From NCBI GenBank assembly GCA_024679065.1, contig JAGIQG010000004.1, forward strand, positions 97,650,001 through 97,714,000: DNA of 64,000 nucleotides, in the 5' to 3' direction. The DNA is from Sphyrna mokarran (Eukaryota). Under the pieces are notes generated by a model that had not been told where the DNA came from, did no database searches, and worked only from the letters and a program-made list of their open reading frames with translations. Positions 13,526 through 28,287 of this stretch are shown here, one piece after another; within the stretch, counting starts at the first letter, position 1, and each line of letters opens with the position of its first letter. The translations under genes and the position numbers were made by a program.

Positions 13526-14574
13526 TCCAACTTCATTTCTTCTGTGTTCTGACCTGTGCTCTTTGTTTCTCCTGAGACTGATGATTATGTAGTGTGGGAA
13601 AAACAAGTGAATCTGTCCATGATAGTTGCTGTTTTATTTCTGTTGGCAACAATAATATAAGTTCTTTTCAAGGTCATTCCAGTTTTTTTTAACATTTTAT
13701 TGAATAGTTCGCTCCAAAGGAAAATGCATATTTCTCTTCTCTCCTGAAAGCACTAATTCTGTGTTAGGGTAAGTCCACTGAGAGTCAGTCAGAGTGCAGT
13801 AACTCATTGCTGTGCCTTCTGACAAATTTGGTCCAGTCCTGTCAAGACATTCATGTATGTGCATCTTCATCAGGAGTCACTGGGTGGCTGTCAGGAACAA
13901 AAGTATTACCAATTCTGCCCTCAGTAGCCTCGGGCAAGTCAACCCAATTGGAGTGGACTTATTCTCCTCAACTAACTTAGCATAGTTTGAGGTTTGAACC
14001 CTGGGATCTCCGTGTTCTGTCAAGTTCAGCTACTCACCGGATAAACTCACTAAACATTACAGGGGAAGAAAAATGTTATTGTTTAAATAAATAATCAACA
14101 TACAGTTCTAAGATAAACCTGTTCCCATTAGCTATCTGATGTATATATCCTTCTAACCAGGCTAATTAACTTAGGAATAACAACACACATTTTGGTATAA
14201 AATTTAATCTATTTTGATGTCTTTCTTATAACGTAGTTCCACGTGTTAAGCTAATTATTTCTGATCATAAATGACACTTCTCTAATGTTTTGCCATTACT
14301 ATACCCAAGGAAATAAGGTGATAGATTTTTTTTTCTATTAAATCTATGCCACCTATAGCTGACTTGAGAGGACTGGCCAGAGGAGATACTACATTAACTC
14401 ACGATATCTGGTCAAGGAGTATTTTATGGTGATACTGAATAACAAAAGTGATAGATGATTTCCCAACCTAGCATTCCTCAGCTCAAAGAGCATAAAACAT
14501 TCCGCTGACTTCCTTACCTGAAGAAAAATAGTTTGAAGCTTCTCAACAAATTTTATTGAATCTTTTACAAAATG

Positions 14575-14875
14575 TTTTATTCATTCAAAGGATGTGGGTT
14601 CATTACCCACCCCTAATTGCCCTTGAGAGGTGGTGGTGAGCCTGCTGTCTTCTTCAACCTGTAATGCAGGTACACCCACAGTGCTTTTCAGAGAAGGAAT
14701 TCCAGGAACTTGACCCAGTGACAGTGAAGGGATGGTGATATATTCTCAAATTAGGATGGTGTGGGACTTGGAGGGGAAATTGTAGGTGGTAGTGTTTCTG
14801 TCTTTCTAAATGGAAGTGGTCGTGGGTTTGAAAGATGCTGTCTAAAGAGCATTGGTGAGTTCCTGCAGTGCATCT
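14575..14875 (-). mobile_element. 3' fragment of the same LINE family as 10608-13525
   Basis: Colinear similarity to 10610-10955. Confidence 0.75.
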
Positions 14876-15014
14876 AGGTAAACGTATAAAGATTATATAA
14901 ATGATATTGAGGATCCCTCATTATAAATTGCAAGAGATAAGTTTAATGAACTGGGATCTGTAGTTTTCTCTGTTAATTTACTTTCAGACTAACATTACAA
15001 TACTTTTATTTCAG

Positions 15015-15193
15015 AGTACAATAGGCAGCATGACTAGCATCTACAGTGAGGCAGGCGATTATGGCAATGTCACAGTTACTGGGGAAATCATCTTCCTTCT
15101 GAATTATGACCAAAAAAGACAAGGACTTAATATACTTGTGAAGGAGTGTCGTAACCTGGCTTATGGAGATGAGAAGAAGAGGAGGTCGAACCC
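15015..15193 (+). CDS. SYTL4: SYTL4 exon, start of C2A (STIGSMTSIYSEAGDYGNVTVTGEI...DEKKRRSNP)
   Basis: tttcag acceptor, CC|GTAAGT donor, 179 nt, phase 0->2. Confidence 0.96.
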
Positions 15194-15786
15194 GTAAGTG
15201 TGTCTGCTTTAAAAAATCAACTGTTTTCTAAAAAAAAACTATCTCTGCTTTGAAGCAAATGCTCCTTGCTTACAGTTAACAGTAAAATGCAAGCCATTGT
15301 TCAGCTGATGGGTTTATCATCAAAGCTTTGAGTTAAGTGATAACTCCTCTGTAGTCTGGAGATAGGTGGATACTATATTGTTCTGGAAATATTCAATGAA
15401 TTCAACATTTTATGATATTTACTTGAAAATTAGCACATATGTTGGATACTGAAATTACAGTCACAATATCTAATATTAGCCACTAACCACTTCCCTGGGT
15501 TCGTGTTACAATGCCATACCCCAATACTGAGATGCATTCTGGCAATCTGCTGAGCTATTCAGAGCATGGTAATGGTCTGCAAAGACTGCGTGATGGTTTT
15601 GTTAATTAGTAAGGTTTTTGCCTCTGCAGAAAAATTAGAACTGAAAATCCATTTTGGATATGCAGACTATATAGTTACTAGAAAAATTTTTATTCCTTCC
15701 TCTTTGTGGATAAATTACGTTGGCTGGCTTGGGTGTGATTGTGTAATAAAATGCTTCTCTTAGTCTGCTCCAAATAGAATCCATAG

Positions 15787-16093
15787 TTTTAAGTTTATTT
15801 ATTAGTGCCACAAATAAACTTAAATTAACACTGTAATGAAGTTACTGTGAAAACCTTTGAGTCAGCACGCTCCAGTGACTGCTCGGGTACACTGTGGGAG
15901 AATTTAGCATGGCCAATGCACCTAACCTGCATGTTTTGCGAGCCGAGGGGAAATCGGAGCACCCAGAGGAAACCCACGCTGACACAGGGAGAACATGCAG
16001 ACTGCACACATATAATGGCCCAAGCCAGGAATTGAAACCGGGTCCCTGACGCTGTGAGGCATCAGTACTAACCACTGTGCCACTGTGTTGCCC
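15787..16093 (-). mobile_element. HE1/V-type SINE (tail variant A)
   Basis: A-box TGGCACAGTGG, B-box-like GTTTCAATTCC, core and tail A all present. Confidence 0.88.
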
Positions 16094-19041
16094 ATAAAAT
16101 CCCTATTGTCTCACAACCCCTGCAACTGCATCAGTCTGACATGTTTTTCAGTTAACCTCTGGCCTCTCTAAGTGTAATTGTATATCCTTTATTTGTAAAT
16201 CTGAAAACTGAACATACATAAAATCTACTTTTTTTGAATCACATCAACCTTTAGCATAGGAAGTCTAGTTGCTTGTTTACACTGTTTACCTTGCAATCTT
16301 TGGGGTGAACGTGTCAAAAAGAAACTCATAGGTACCTTGTATTTATTATTCAGTGATACATCTTACTTTTCTAGTCATTTTATTTACTTTTAACTATAGC
16401 TGGCCTTGATATAGACTTTTATAATGTAAGTTTATATGCAGCATCAGAAAAGCTAAATTATCTGAACTCCAAAATGCAATTGGCCCCAAAAACTTGGGAT
16501 AAAAGATACTCAAATTGCATCATGAAATTAAAGAGAGTTTGATGCTACTGCCCATGTGAGATTCTTAAAACCAGCAGAAAAGTTAGGTTTAATCCTGTCG
16601 ATTTTGGACTGACTGATATCCCAGAACTCAAATAATACTAATACTGTTTAAATTAATTGCCCACGCAGTGCCCACCAAGTTAACTTCTTAAGCATAGATA
16701 TAGATCATAACTTTTGAATTATTAGTTCCATGTTGGCATTAAATGAAAATGGTAAGGGAGGGAATGGAAGGAAAGTAAGTGATGATGAGCAGAAATGTGT
16801 TTTTGATAGTTTTATTTTATTTTGACAAGTGTTGAACTTCTTTCTTGCCAATTTTCTACCAATTCTGTTATCTAAGGTAATTGAATTCTTTCTACCATAC
16901 GATACTATGATTGCCGATTGCCCTCCAATTTTTTGCTAACACCTAATAACTTGTACATGTGTTGTCTGTATAGATAGCTGTTTGGCCATGTGATCAATTG
17001 TATCTGAGCTCTATCATGCCCTCATTCTGAAATTCACTCATGCAGTTTCAATGAGATGATGGTTCATTTCTCCAATTCATCATCCGAGGGTCCCAAGAAC
17101 AATTATTTAGCTTTATAAGGCTTTATATCACGAGGTAGATTAGGAAAATTTGATCATGACCTTCCAGAATACCAACCCTATCATCTTCCGTAATAGGACA
17201 TAGTTGTTTTCTGAAATAAGTGCAATGCTCCAGCAGATGCAATGTTGAGAGCACGGCTGGTGCAAAATGTTAAGAGTATTCTAAAACCCAGAAAGGAACT
17301 CAGGAATGCTGACTCTAAACTGTATTTTTTGCAACTTATACAATGTGAAGGATGTCCCAGATTCTTGTGTAATGATTTTAAACAAAATAGATTTTTATTT
17401 ACTAGTAAAACACAAAAGAAAGTCAATTATAGTTAACTGTATTAATGGCTGACCGCAAAATTTTTAAATTTACCAGTTCCAAAAATCTATTTACCCAGCT
17501 TCAAACTATCTATTTTCCTCACTTTAGAGCTAAACTTACCCAAAACAACATTCCATAGGTTTTAAAATTATAATCAAAATCCAGCGATAGTTACCACATT
17601 GGGCACCTATATCCTTCAAGTTACTTCAGATTTGGAACAAAGACACCAGTTTTTCGAAACAGCATTTCTCCAAACAAACCATGTTGGGAGTGAACACAGT
17701 TTCCTCAATATATAGGCTATGATCTCAAAACAGCTCCATGCATGGAATGAATATGCCTCTGATATTCTGCCTTTCTTTTTGATCCCCTCTTATATGAACA
17801 ACCTTCTCAGAAGTTACTACTCCTTGTCTTTATTACATGAGTTTACTTTTCACAATATTAATTTGAAACTGACCAAACTTGCCTTAGATAAACATTTGTT
17901 CCCACTGTTGCTCTGCTAGGACTGTGATATATCAGTATCTCAAAGCCCTGGTTCCATCAGCTCAGACAATCTGTCTAATTTCCATCTTAAACAAAATATC
18001 CTGTTTTCCCTTCAAACCTACAGCTATCAGAACACATTCCGATTTATTGAATTCCTTATTTTTCCCATTTTATCCTGTGTCCTAACACTGGAATATAACA
18101 GTGCTAGAAACGCTCAGCAAGTCAAGGAGCATCTACAAAGTATTAAACTTTCAGACATAGCTCTTCAATTGGGTTTTGTTGAAGAGAAAACCTGAAACAT
18201 CAAAATGTTTTCAATGTGTAAAAGTTGCTAACGTTCTTGGATAATGCCCATATCTGTGTTTGATCTGATAAATCTAGGAAGTCATTCTAGTGGAATGCAG
18301 ACAAATTCCTCCAGATGTGTAGTAAAGATCCCATTATTTTGAAGTTGTCCTGATACGCTTCCCAAAATTCCTCCTTTAACCAATAGCACCATGACTGGTC
18401 ATTCATTACATGCTGTCTAAAGGATGTTGTTGGGGCAAAATGCCCACATAACAGTTTCTACATTTTATTGTGTAAAATATTTTTGAGATGTTTAAGTATA
18501 GCAAAAACATTTCACAAACTCAAAATTACTCAAAATATTTTATTAGTGTTGTCAGTGCATTATCAGTTTTTGATTAAGTATGCATGTGTGTCGGGGGAGG
18601 GGGAATCAGTAGCTGAAAGCAACCTAAGACTGTTACTTCATGAAACATCAACCTATTTTTTTAAAACTATCTTCACATGCACACACTGTTTTCCCTTTTA
18701 GAGGATAGCAAAGATCGTGTACTAATTATCAGACCACTGAACTGTGTTATGGATGCTTCGTCCATGGCCAACAAGTCCTGGCACTGCACTTGAACCTGGA
18801 GCTTCAGGTTCAGACGTTGGGGCATTACCACTATGCCACAAGACCTCCTTCTCAGTCTCTTTGAACCAAGCTCCCTAGAATGAAATGACACACTACAACT
18901 GGTGGCAAGAAAGGTTAAGTGGGACTCAAGGCAGTGGACAGCACAGATGCTACTCTGGTCCAGTCCGTTCCCAGCAACTGATTCTCCAAATATAATTAAA
19001 TCATAATCTTTCATTTAAAATAAATCTTTTTTTCTCTACAG

Positions 19042-19144
19042 CTATGTGAAATCTTACCTGTTGCCAGATAAATCCCGACAAAGTAAACGGAAGACCACAA
19101 TTAAACAAAACACAACTGACCCAATCTACAATGAAAACTTACGG
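19042..19144 (+). CDS. SYTL4: SYTL4 C2A exon ([34 protein letters not shown])
   Basis: ctctacag acceptor, CGG|GTAAGG donor, 103 nt, phase 2->0; contains the polybasic C2 strand. Confidence 0.96.
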
Positions 19145-19199
19145 GTAAGGCTTAAAAGGCTATAGGTTTGTCTTTGCGATCAGCACTGAAGAAATGGGA

Positions 19200-19700
19200 G
19201 GGCGCAATTCTCCCAACCAACTTTGCTGCTTTTGTAGCACTGTGGCTGGGAGTCTCCAGCAGAAGCTGTTTCATGGGCTGTCTGCTGGGGCCACGGTTCC
19301 CGCTCATCTCCCAGCGCCTGATTTCCAGTGCCATCAACTCTGCACCAGAAATCAGCATGAAACCACCTAATATATTCAAAATGTAATTTCAATACAATTT
19401 AAATAGTATTAGCAGGCCCAGGACTAAAATTTCTGGGTCCGTAAACGGGGACCATTGTACATGCACTGATCTTGGTGCTGGCAGATTGGTGCATGCGCAA
19501 TGGCCCGCTTTGTGCTATGCTGCCAATTTCCTCAGCAGGAGTAAGCCTATCCCCAGCTTTCTGGACAAATTCACACTGGTGCATTCTGCAGTGCACAGAA
19601 CGTGGGAGATACATTTTAAAATGATTGCTGTAAAAACAGCATGATTGCCTCCAGTTTTTACACAAATTCAACACAAAATTTTTTTGGGAGAATCGCTCCC
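19200..19700. mobile_element. MITE with 17-bp terminal inverted repeats (Harbinger-like GGGC termini)
   Basis: GGGCGCAATTCTCCCAA at 19200 and TTGGGAGAATCGCTCCC ending at 19700 (15/17 inverted match). Confidence 0.75.
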
Positions 19701-20392
19701 TTAGAGTTTGTGGGGTTTGTGGAGCGAAGAGGCTCTAATGGCCTCCGGTGCTCTCCATCTATGTTGGAAAATCCCATTCTTTATAGAATTCTCACATCAC
19801 CTACATAGAGGAAGAAACCATTTAATAGAGACAATCCAAGGCAGAGTGAATTGTCAATCATCAGATTTCAGAATTCAAATAGCAAATTTGACCAAGAATT
19901 TCTGGTGTATTTAAAATTTCTAAATGATTTAAAAATAAATGGAATGGTAGCATGCTTTGCATTTTACTTTTGAATGCACAAACCTCTTATCTCATATTCA
20001 TTATGAAGAGACAACAGCCTCAGTTAGACCATCATAACAACATTTAATTTTCTACTTACTTATTATTAGCATCATATTTTCCATCTTTAATTCCTTCCAC
20101 CAAATACCACTTCCTGGCTAAAAGGGTGGTCGGTGACCGGTTCCTATTCTGGTTGGTTGCTTTTTTTTACTTCTGGGATCTGAATTGACAGAAATTAAAG
20201 TGTCTCTTTGATGCAGTGAGGGATATTATTCTGAGGTTCTTTATTGGAACAACAAAGAAATGCTATATCTGACCTAGGACAGGGAAGAGGTTGTTTCTTC
20301 AACAATATACATAATTTTCTCTCATCAATATTCAAAGAAGATAAATCAGTTTTTATGGACCTTGTTTCAACTGTGTTCTTTTTTCTAATTAG

Positions 20393-20608
<216 letters not shown>

Positions 20609-21292
20609 TGATTTTCTGGATTATTTGCTCTCTCGTCTATTCAGTGTAGAATTATAGGTGGCCAGGGAAAGAATTTGAATGTTTTTGGTGCTGCTAATTG
20701 TTGGAGAGAGATGCATTTCTATTTTATTTGAGGGTGGGATTTTCCAGCCTCTCTGTGGTGACACTTATAATGGGCCAGCCAAACGCGCTTTGACTTTTGG
20801 CAGGTCCAGAAGATCCCAGCAGCAAGCCAGGGCCAGATCCACTTCCAAGTCCTCTGGCAACATAAGTAATTTAACTCACACAAGCAAGTCTTGTATTCAA
20901 TGTTCAGGACCATCTCAAAACATTTCTGATAGTTCATAAGCCCAGCTGCCCTTGATATCACCAGGTGATAAAAGAGCAAGAAAGCTTTCTGGGTAAATGA
21001 GGTGAATTCAGACACTTGAAACAGTTTCTCTTTGCTTCTCCATAAACTCCTCCAGCAAATGTCCTCACAACTCCAGTTTCTCCACTCTCTCCAATTTACT
21101 GTAATCCCTCAACCCTGGACTATTCCAATAAATCTCTTCTGGACTGCTGTCTCTAAAACCTTTGGGTGGGATTCTCCAGCCATATGTGCCTCAAAAGCAG
21201 AGAATCCTGCCTGGGGTCACTGAACCTTTGCATGATTCCACGCCCGACACCTCCACTACAATTCCTGTGGTGGGCAGGATGAGAAAATTCCA

Positions 21293-21805
21293 AACGTGCA
21301 AATTAAGTGGATTGGCCATGTTAAATTGCCCCTTAGCGTCAGGGGACTAGCCAGGAAAAATGCATGGGGTTATGGGGATAGGGCCTGCATGGGATTGTGG
21401 TCAGTGCACACTTGATGGGCTGAATGGGCTCCTTCTGCATTGTAGAATTCTATGATTCCAGTCTTCATGTTCTTTCTAATTTCGGAGGGGACAATGGTGG
21501 CACAGTGGTTAGCATTGCTGCCTGACAGCTCCAGGGATCGATGTTAAATTCCTGCTTCAGGTCACTGTCTGTGTGGAGTTTGCATATTCTCCTTGTGTCT
21601 GCATGAGTTTCCTCCAGGTGCTCCTCGCACAGTTCAAAGATGTGCAGGTTAGATGGATTGGCCATGCTAAATTGCCCCTTGGTGTCAGAAGGACTAGCTA
21701 GAATAAATGCATGGGGTTATGGGGATAAGTCCTAATGGGACTGTGGTTGGTGCAGACTTGATGGGTCAAATGGGCTCCTTCTGCACTATAGGATTCTGTG
21801 ATTCT
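21293..21805 (+). mobile_element. Two adjacent HE1/V-type SINEs (5'-truncated copy 21293-21458, full copy 21487-21805), tail variant B (CR1-like)
   Basis: GGTGGCACAGTGGTTAGCA head; tail GATGGGC..AATGG..CCTTCTGCACT..GATTCT(A/G)TGATTC. Confidence 0.85.
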
Positions 21806-22509
21806 AATTTATGGGGGGGATTTCAGTTATATGGATAGACTGGTGGAACTGGAATTGTTCTTAAAGCAGCAAAGGCTAAGAGGAAATTTATTGAAAGTGT
21901 TTAGATAGAATAAATAAAGAGTAATTTTTCCCATTGGTTGAAGAGTCAATACTCAGTGATTTAGGATGATTGATAAAAGTAACCAGGTGGAACAAGTATT
22001 TTTACAGAATTGATGAGGATTTGGAATGCAGTGTGTGTTGCAAACAGATTCAATATCAATATTCAAAAGTGAATTGGTTAAATGCTTCAATGTGAACAAA
22101 ATTGCAAGGATATGGGCAAAGAAAAGGACACTGGGACTTGCTAAATTGCCCTTCAAAGGAGCAGTGCAGACACGATGAAACCAGTTTGAATTCAATATAG
22201 GCCAATTCTTTGAAAGATTATTTTCTGCTAGTTGTAAAGATTGTACACGAAATTATTTTAGATAGCAACAGCATAGCCTAAAGCACAAAACTGTTCATCA
22301 TAAAACCCAACAAATAACTTGATTCAGCAATCGTATATATGGGAAATAAACATATCACCTATGCACAGTGGGAGAATTCTAGGGTACATTGTTGAAACAG
22401 TACAGGAAAGCTTACTCTCAATCTAAACCATTTTACACCAAAAATGATATAAACTATGTGGTGAAAATATAACATTGTTACATTTCGAAGTTAATGTTTT
22501 GAAGTTCTG

Positions 22510-22775
22510 CTTACTAGTCACAAGGCTTACATTAACACCGCAATGAAGTTGCTGTGAAATTTCCCCTAGTCACCACAGTCCGGTGCCTGTTCAGGCCAAT
22601 GCACCTTACCCAATATGTCTTTCAAATTGGGGGAGGAAACTAGAGTACCAGGAGGAAACCCATGCGGTCACAGAGAATGTGCAAACTCCACACAGACAGC
22701 GATCCAAGCTGGGAATTGAACCTAGGTCCCTGGCATTGTGAGGCAGCAGTGCTAACTACTGTGCCACCTTCCCAC
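22510..22775 (-). mobile_element. HE1/V-type SINE (tail variant A)
   Basis: Head, core and tail A on the minus strand. Confidence 0.85.
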
Positions 22776-24974
22776 CCTTGCATCTTTGCACGTATAACTA
22801 TCATCGGTGAAAATAGAAAAGTCAGGCGCAAAAATAAAAATCACAGTGCTGCTTATGTTCTACACAATTTTTTAATATGTCTCTAATGTTTTTTGAGAAG
22901 TTCATATTCGGGTCTTTCATGGGAGAGCTCAGGGAATATCATTCTCTGCTGGAAGAGGTTTGAAGAGAGGAAGAGAAATCCCATGGCTTGGGCACTGCAT
23001 AAACTCGTGTGCCTTTCTGAAAGGGACATTTGTAAAGCCCCTAATGCATTTGTGAGTGGCCATTAAGGAGATGTCATACATGAAAAGGTGGAGATGAGAA
23101 AGGGCAATGCCTGTGATTTTTGGTATCACAGGCTTGGCACTATTTCCCAGTTTGTGTGGCTACAGTAGGTCTCAACTGTTGGTGATGTATTCTGGTATTT
23201 TGTCTCTGTCATTTGCAGGTATCCTCTCTTATAGATCCTGGAGAAAAATACTGCTCGGTGAAGCTGGTATCCCTCTTGAGACACTGCCTGTCATTCTGCC
23301 GCCCAGTTCGGGTCCCTGTTGTTCCTGCTCCTGGGGCTCCCTTCACATTCTCCTCTTTCGGAACACCAAAGGCAATACAGTTGTCTGGTTCAGCTGGCCA
23401 AAGATTGCCAATGGAAGCATTGATCTGTGAATATTTCACAAGAAAGATATAAGTGCTTTTTTCCAGAAGTACCCGCTCATCCCTATTACCTTGTCCTTCC
23501 CGGCCTGTTGATACCTTTGGTGAAAGCCTGTCCTACCATGCTGAGGGCCAAGAACCAGGAACCAAGACTGGGCCTCCTCTCCCTCACGCAACCAGGTGCC
23601 TGGAATCTATCAACTTGAGCATTACGCTGCAGGCCGTGTACGTGCCGACAGAGCTCACTCTGACTCGTGCTAGGTTTCGTTAGCCCCCGTGAAACATCAC
23701 AGCAACCATTAAATCAACAGCACGTAGATCACTACCACCATCCCCATGTCATTCTGAATCATCCGTCTGAGTCAATGAGGGCTCCTTGATGGCTTAGTGT
23801 TGATACAGGCCCTCTCCTGTCCACTCTCTACAAACATTACAGAGTGTGAATTCAGCGCAAACTTCAATGCATTACCCCCCCCCCCCCCCAACCCCCATAC
23901 TGTTTTCTGTTTCATTTTGCATTCATTTGTGAATATGAGCAGCCTAGGAATTTGTGGAATGGATCTGAGGTCCCTCTGATTTCCTCTCATTAGCAAGGGA
24001 CTGCATGAAAATTCTGCTTAATATTTCTATTTCCCACAATGACCATGAGTAGAATGCTGAGAGGAGGTGTTGGTTACTGTTTTATTATTAATCGTTTTGT
24101 GCAATGTAGCCAGGCTGGTGTAGTAATTTTGTGTGGTTCTTTACAACCACCAGAAAATGTCCTTTAAAGGACTACGTTGAATTAAAGTTTGGGTCCTTGA
24201 GGTGAAATTGCTGCCTGTGTTTCTCTGAATGTGAGAAACGTGCACTCAGCAGTCTGTGCTAAATAAATGGCATTTTCAATCATTAGTACTAAGTAGTTCA
24301 ATATGTTTCTTCTTTGTCATCACTAGTTATACTTGAGGCAATATAGACTGGCTCTAATTGAGGGTTTTATTGCCCTATTATTTATAATAAAATGGGGGGG
24401 GATTTAATGTTTGAGGTGTGTTCTCACCCACGGGCTAAAAAATCAGTGGGAACCCTGGATCAATCATCTTTGGGAAATCTGATACCATTTTATGACAATC
24501 AGGTTAGCTGGATAGCATCAGGCCTCCTCTCCCAGTGCAGAGTAGAAGTTCTGTCTGAGAGAGCTATCAGACAGCAAAGACTGATAGCTGTCCAGTACCA
24601 GTAGCATCAAAGGAACCAGTGGCCACTGACAGTACCGCACTTGGACCATCATTACAGAGGGAGTTAAGTTTTGAGTAATGTGTGGATCATGGAGGACGGT
24701 GTCAGTGAGGGAGAGTGGAGTGAAGGGCAAAGGAATAGCTTCCCACAGACCATCTCTTCCCAATGCCAGCTCCCTTAATCAGGCACATTTCTTGATTATG
24801 AAGGGCTCCCTGCTCGGCCATGGGCAAAACCAACAGCTTTCGCTAGATGGTGTCCCCACAGGAGGCTGGTAGAATTCCAGTGGTAGCAGGATGAGGCTCT
24901 TCAGTGGCCCTTAAATGGCCTCAAGTAGTCACCAAGAGGGAAGGCAGACCTCCATCCTTCCCAACCAAAGGGAA

Positions 24975-25510
24975 TCAGGAATATAAGAATTAGGAGCAAG
25001 AAGAGGCAATTTAGCCTCTTGAGCTACTCTGCCATTTAATATGATCATGGCTTGATCTCAAGTCCACTTCACTTGCTGTTTCACCATAGCCCTTCAAATC
25101 CTTACTGATTAAAAATCTGAACACCTCTCTCATCTTTGTTTTGAATCTCTGCCACCCTTTATCATAAAACTACAACTTGTTGTTCTAGATTGCCTATGAG
25201 AAGAAATATCCTCTCCATGCCTACTTTGTCAATCTCCCTTATTATCTTGTACATCTCAATTAAATCACCACGTCTTTCTAAACTCCAGGGAGTATAGGCC
25301 TAAACTGCCCATTTGACTCCATAAGACAAACCTCTCATCTCCAGAATCAATCTATGAACCGCTTCCAATGCAACTACACCCCTCCTCAAGTAAGAGGACC
25401 AAAATTGTGCACAATATTTTTATGTGGTCTCACTAATACTTTGTACAGTAGTAGCAACACTTCATTACTTTTATATCCTATTCCTTTAGCAATAAATGCC
25501 AAGGGTACAT
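24975..25510 (-). mobile_element. CR1 3' fragment
   Basis: Reverse complement of the CR1 ORF2 C-terminus and 3' UTR; degenerate. Confidence 0.7.
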
Positions 25511-27159
25511 GATTCAGTCAGCTTCTCCCACCTCAGTACATGCTTCCAGAGATCGGATTTGGGGGCTGGAGGAGGGCAATAAACTTCCACCCAGTGCTAC
25601 AGATGGGGGTTCCTTTATGAATGATACCAGGTTGCTTGATCTAATAGTTAATCTATAAGGAATACCGTGGCCACTTTTCAAGTTCAAGACGATGTTATTA
25701 TCTTTTAGTTTAATCATCAAACTGTTAATGATGTATTGCAATAGTTTATTGCTGTAAGGCTTTGAAATTTATTGTTAACAAACAATTCAATTGATTGTGA
25801 AGTTACCTTTTTATCTTTTTACATCTATATGACTGAAAAGGGAGTCATATAATCAGGTTTCTGTTGTTCAAATTGGTGTTTTTCAGATACTTTCTCATTA
25901 TACTATTACGCACATGGTTATAAGGATTTGCAAAATGTCTTTTTTGTGTAAAAGCTCTTCATTACAGGCATGTCTTCCAAGTTATGAAAGTTACTGCTAT
26001 ACCAAGGTTAAGGAACTTGCAAGTTTTGCAATGGTTTTGAAGTCTTGGTCAAAAATCAAGTAACATATTATTGTTCTCATTCTGCTATGTACCAATATTG
26101 GCTCTGTGTTTATATCTCTCAAATGTTAATTTACAGCTCCAGTTGAATGATTAAGATCTATCAGTGCCATTTATATTGGCTTTAGAGAGAACAGCAATGA
26201 CAGAATTAACCTAAACTGTACATATCAATAGAAAATAAATTAAATGCATACCCTGTCATGTACACTAAATACGTGTTGTGTAGGAGGTGAAGTTTCTGTT
26301 TGTAGGTGTAAATCACCTATAGAAGTTTATTTTTGCACTGAGCACAAGAAACCGTATAGGGACAGAGCCCCTTTGACAACTATTACTCCTGATATAAGAA
26401 TCACAGATGTATGTTTGTAAAATTTCTCCAGGGTTAAGCTTACAATGTCGATTGGTGTAGTGAGCTAGTAAGCTTGCGAGAGATTCAAAACAAAGGCACC
26501 CGCGAGGCTGATCTTATTATATTAAGTTAATTTAAATATGGTTAGTGAGCCAAGGATGGAATTCTCTGGGCTCACTTGTCTTAACGACCTAACCATTGGA
26601 GGTCCTCACTGGTGAGGATCACACATGGTACTCACCAATGGACAATCTGTCCATGTTGGTACAGACCATATGTGATGGCTTTGCCCATGGCACTGAAGGC
26701 ATTTGAAGCCCTGTGGGTGGTTGAGGGCAGTACTGGAGAAGTGGAGGTGGGGGTTATCGGGCTGATATCGGGGGAGCAGTCAACCAGGGAGGCCAGTAAT
26801 TGGGGTGGGAGGTGGGTGATATCTCAGGTGGGAGAGTATCAGGCTGATATCCAGAAGAGTGAGGGAAGTGACAGATATGTGCATGTGCGATGTCGAACTC
26901 TAGTGTGAGCAGCTGGCTTTCCAACATGAATAAACTCTATCCACTCCCTCTGCTGGCACGAATCACATTGCCTCCTTTTCTGCAAACATTGCATCGGTAA
27001 GCTCGCCAAAACAAATGGGTGCGATCCACTCCTATTTTCATGCTCATTCAGTGCTTCGAATTGTTTTGGTAAGATCACTCCTCCATCTTTATTAAAAACT
27101 AATGTAAAGGTCATTTGAATGTAGGTTTATTTTGTTTTACTTCTGCTTTGATGTTGCAG

Positions 27160-27253
27160 GCAAATGCAGAGTCTGGTGTTATCACTCCATATAAAGGTGA
27201 ATTGGTACTTTCAATAAAATACATTCCAACTGCCCCCACAGACAAGGGTAAAG
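27160..27253 (+). CDS. SYTL4: SYTL4 exon, C2A-C2B link (ANAESGVITPYKGELVLSIKYIPTAPTDKGK)
   Basis: ttgcag acceptor, G|GTAAGA donor, 94 nt, phase 0->1. Confidence 0.93.
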
Positions 27254-27823
27254 GTAAGATTATAACAACTATAAATTGTTTATCCCTAATTAACTCACCA
27301 AGCTAAGAATTTGCTCACCTCGGGCCTCAATCTATGCTGAACAAAATATCCAAGAGGCTGTGTCTATCAAGTAGATAAGACTTAATTATTCACAGGTTCA
27401 TTCTTAACATTACCAGATGTTATTATGATTCAGATTGGTTGCACAAAATTAACACAAAAAAGGGAAAGATAAACATTATAAATCCATTATTCTGATTTCT
27501 GTAATAGTTTGAGATGAACAGGACAATACATAACATTATTTTACTGCCTAGAACCATTTGAATGAAATGAAATAAGCAGACAGTTTACTTCCAACTACCT
27601 TTTCAATACTGATGACTTTGACTTAATTTTCTCCTTCTGTTCCTTCACTCTGGATTCCTGATTAGCCTACAATCTCCATATGCAACACAATTACAGAAGT
27701 ATGAATAATAATCTATTTTCTGTTATCTACTATACCACCAAATCATTCCACAGGTAGTGTCATTCTTTTGAACATAGCTGAGTGATACCCATGAGAATCA
27801 TTATGGATAGGAATTGAAAATAG

Positions 27824-28048
<225 letters not shown>

Positions 28049-28287
28049 TAAGAGTCAGCAGTGTCTCTATACAAGCAACTATAATGAAATATTAGCGTTT
28101 TAATTAGGGGGATCTCTTCATGCCTTCTGTGAATTTATGGACAAGAGAGAAAGTAATTGAAACATAAAGCAGAATATGGAATAATTGCAAAGTGAGGAAA
28201 AAGTCTCCCACTTGTAAACAGTTTCTCAAATTAGGACCTTGGGTTTACTTACCATTTTTGGTGAGTCTGTGGCTTAAAATGACCCAA

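Noticed and set aside
17240-18090. Possible solo LTR (TGTT...AACA); a similar-looking block lies at about 36800-37830
   Set aside because: No matching TSD, PBS/PPT or partner LTR could be confirmed by eye.
21487-21570. tRNA genes
   Set aside because: The A/B boxes belong to SINE heads that continue into SINE core sequence; no intact cloverleaf or terminator.
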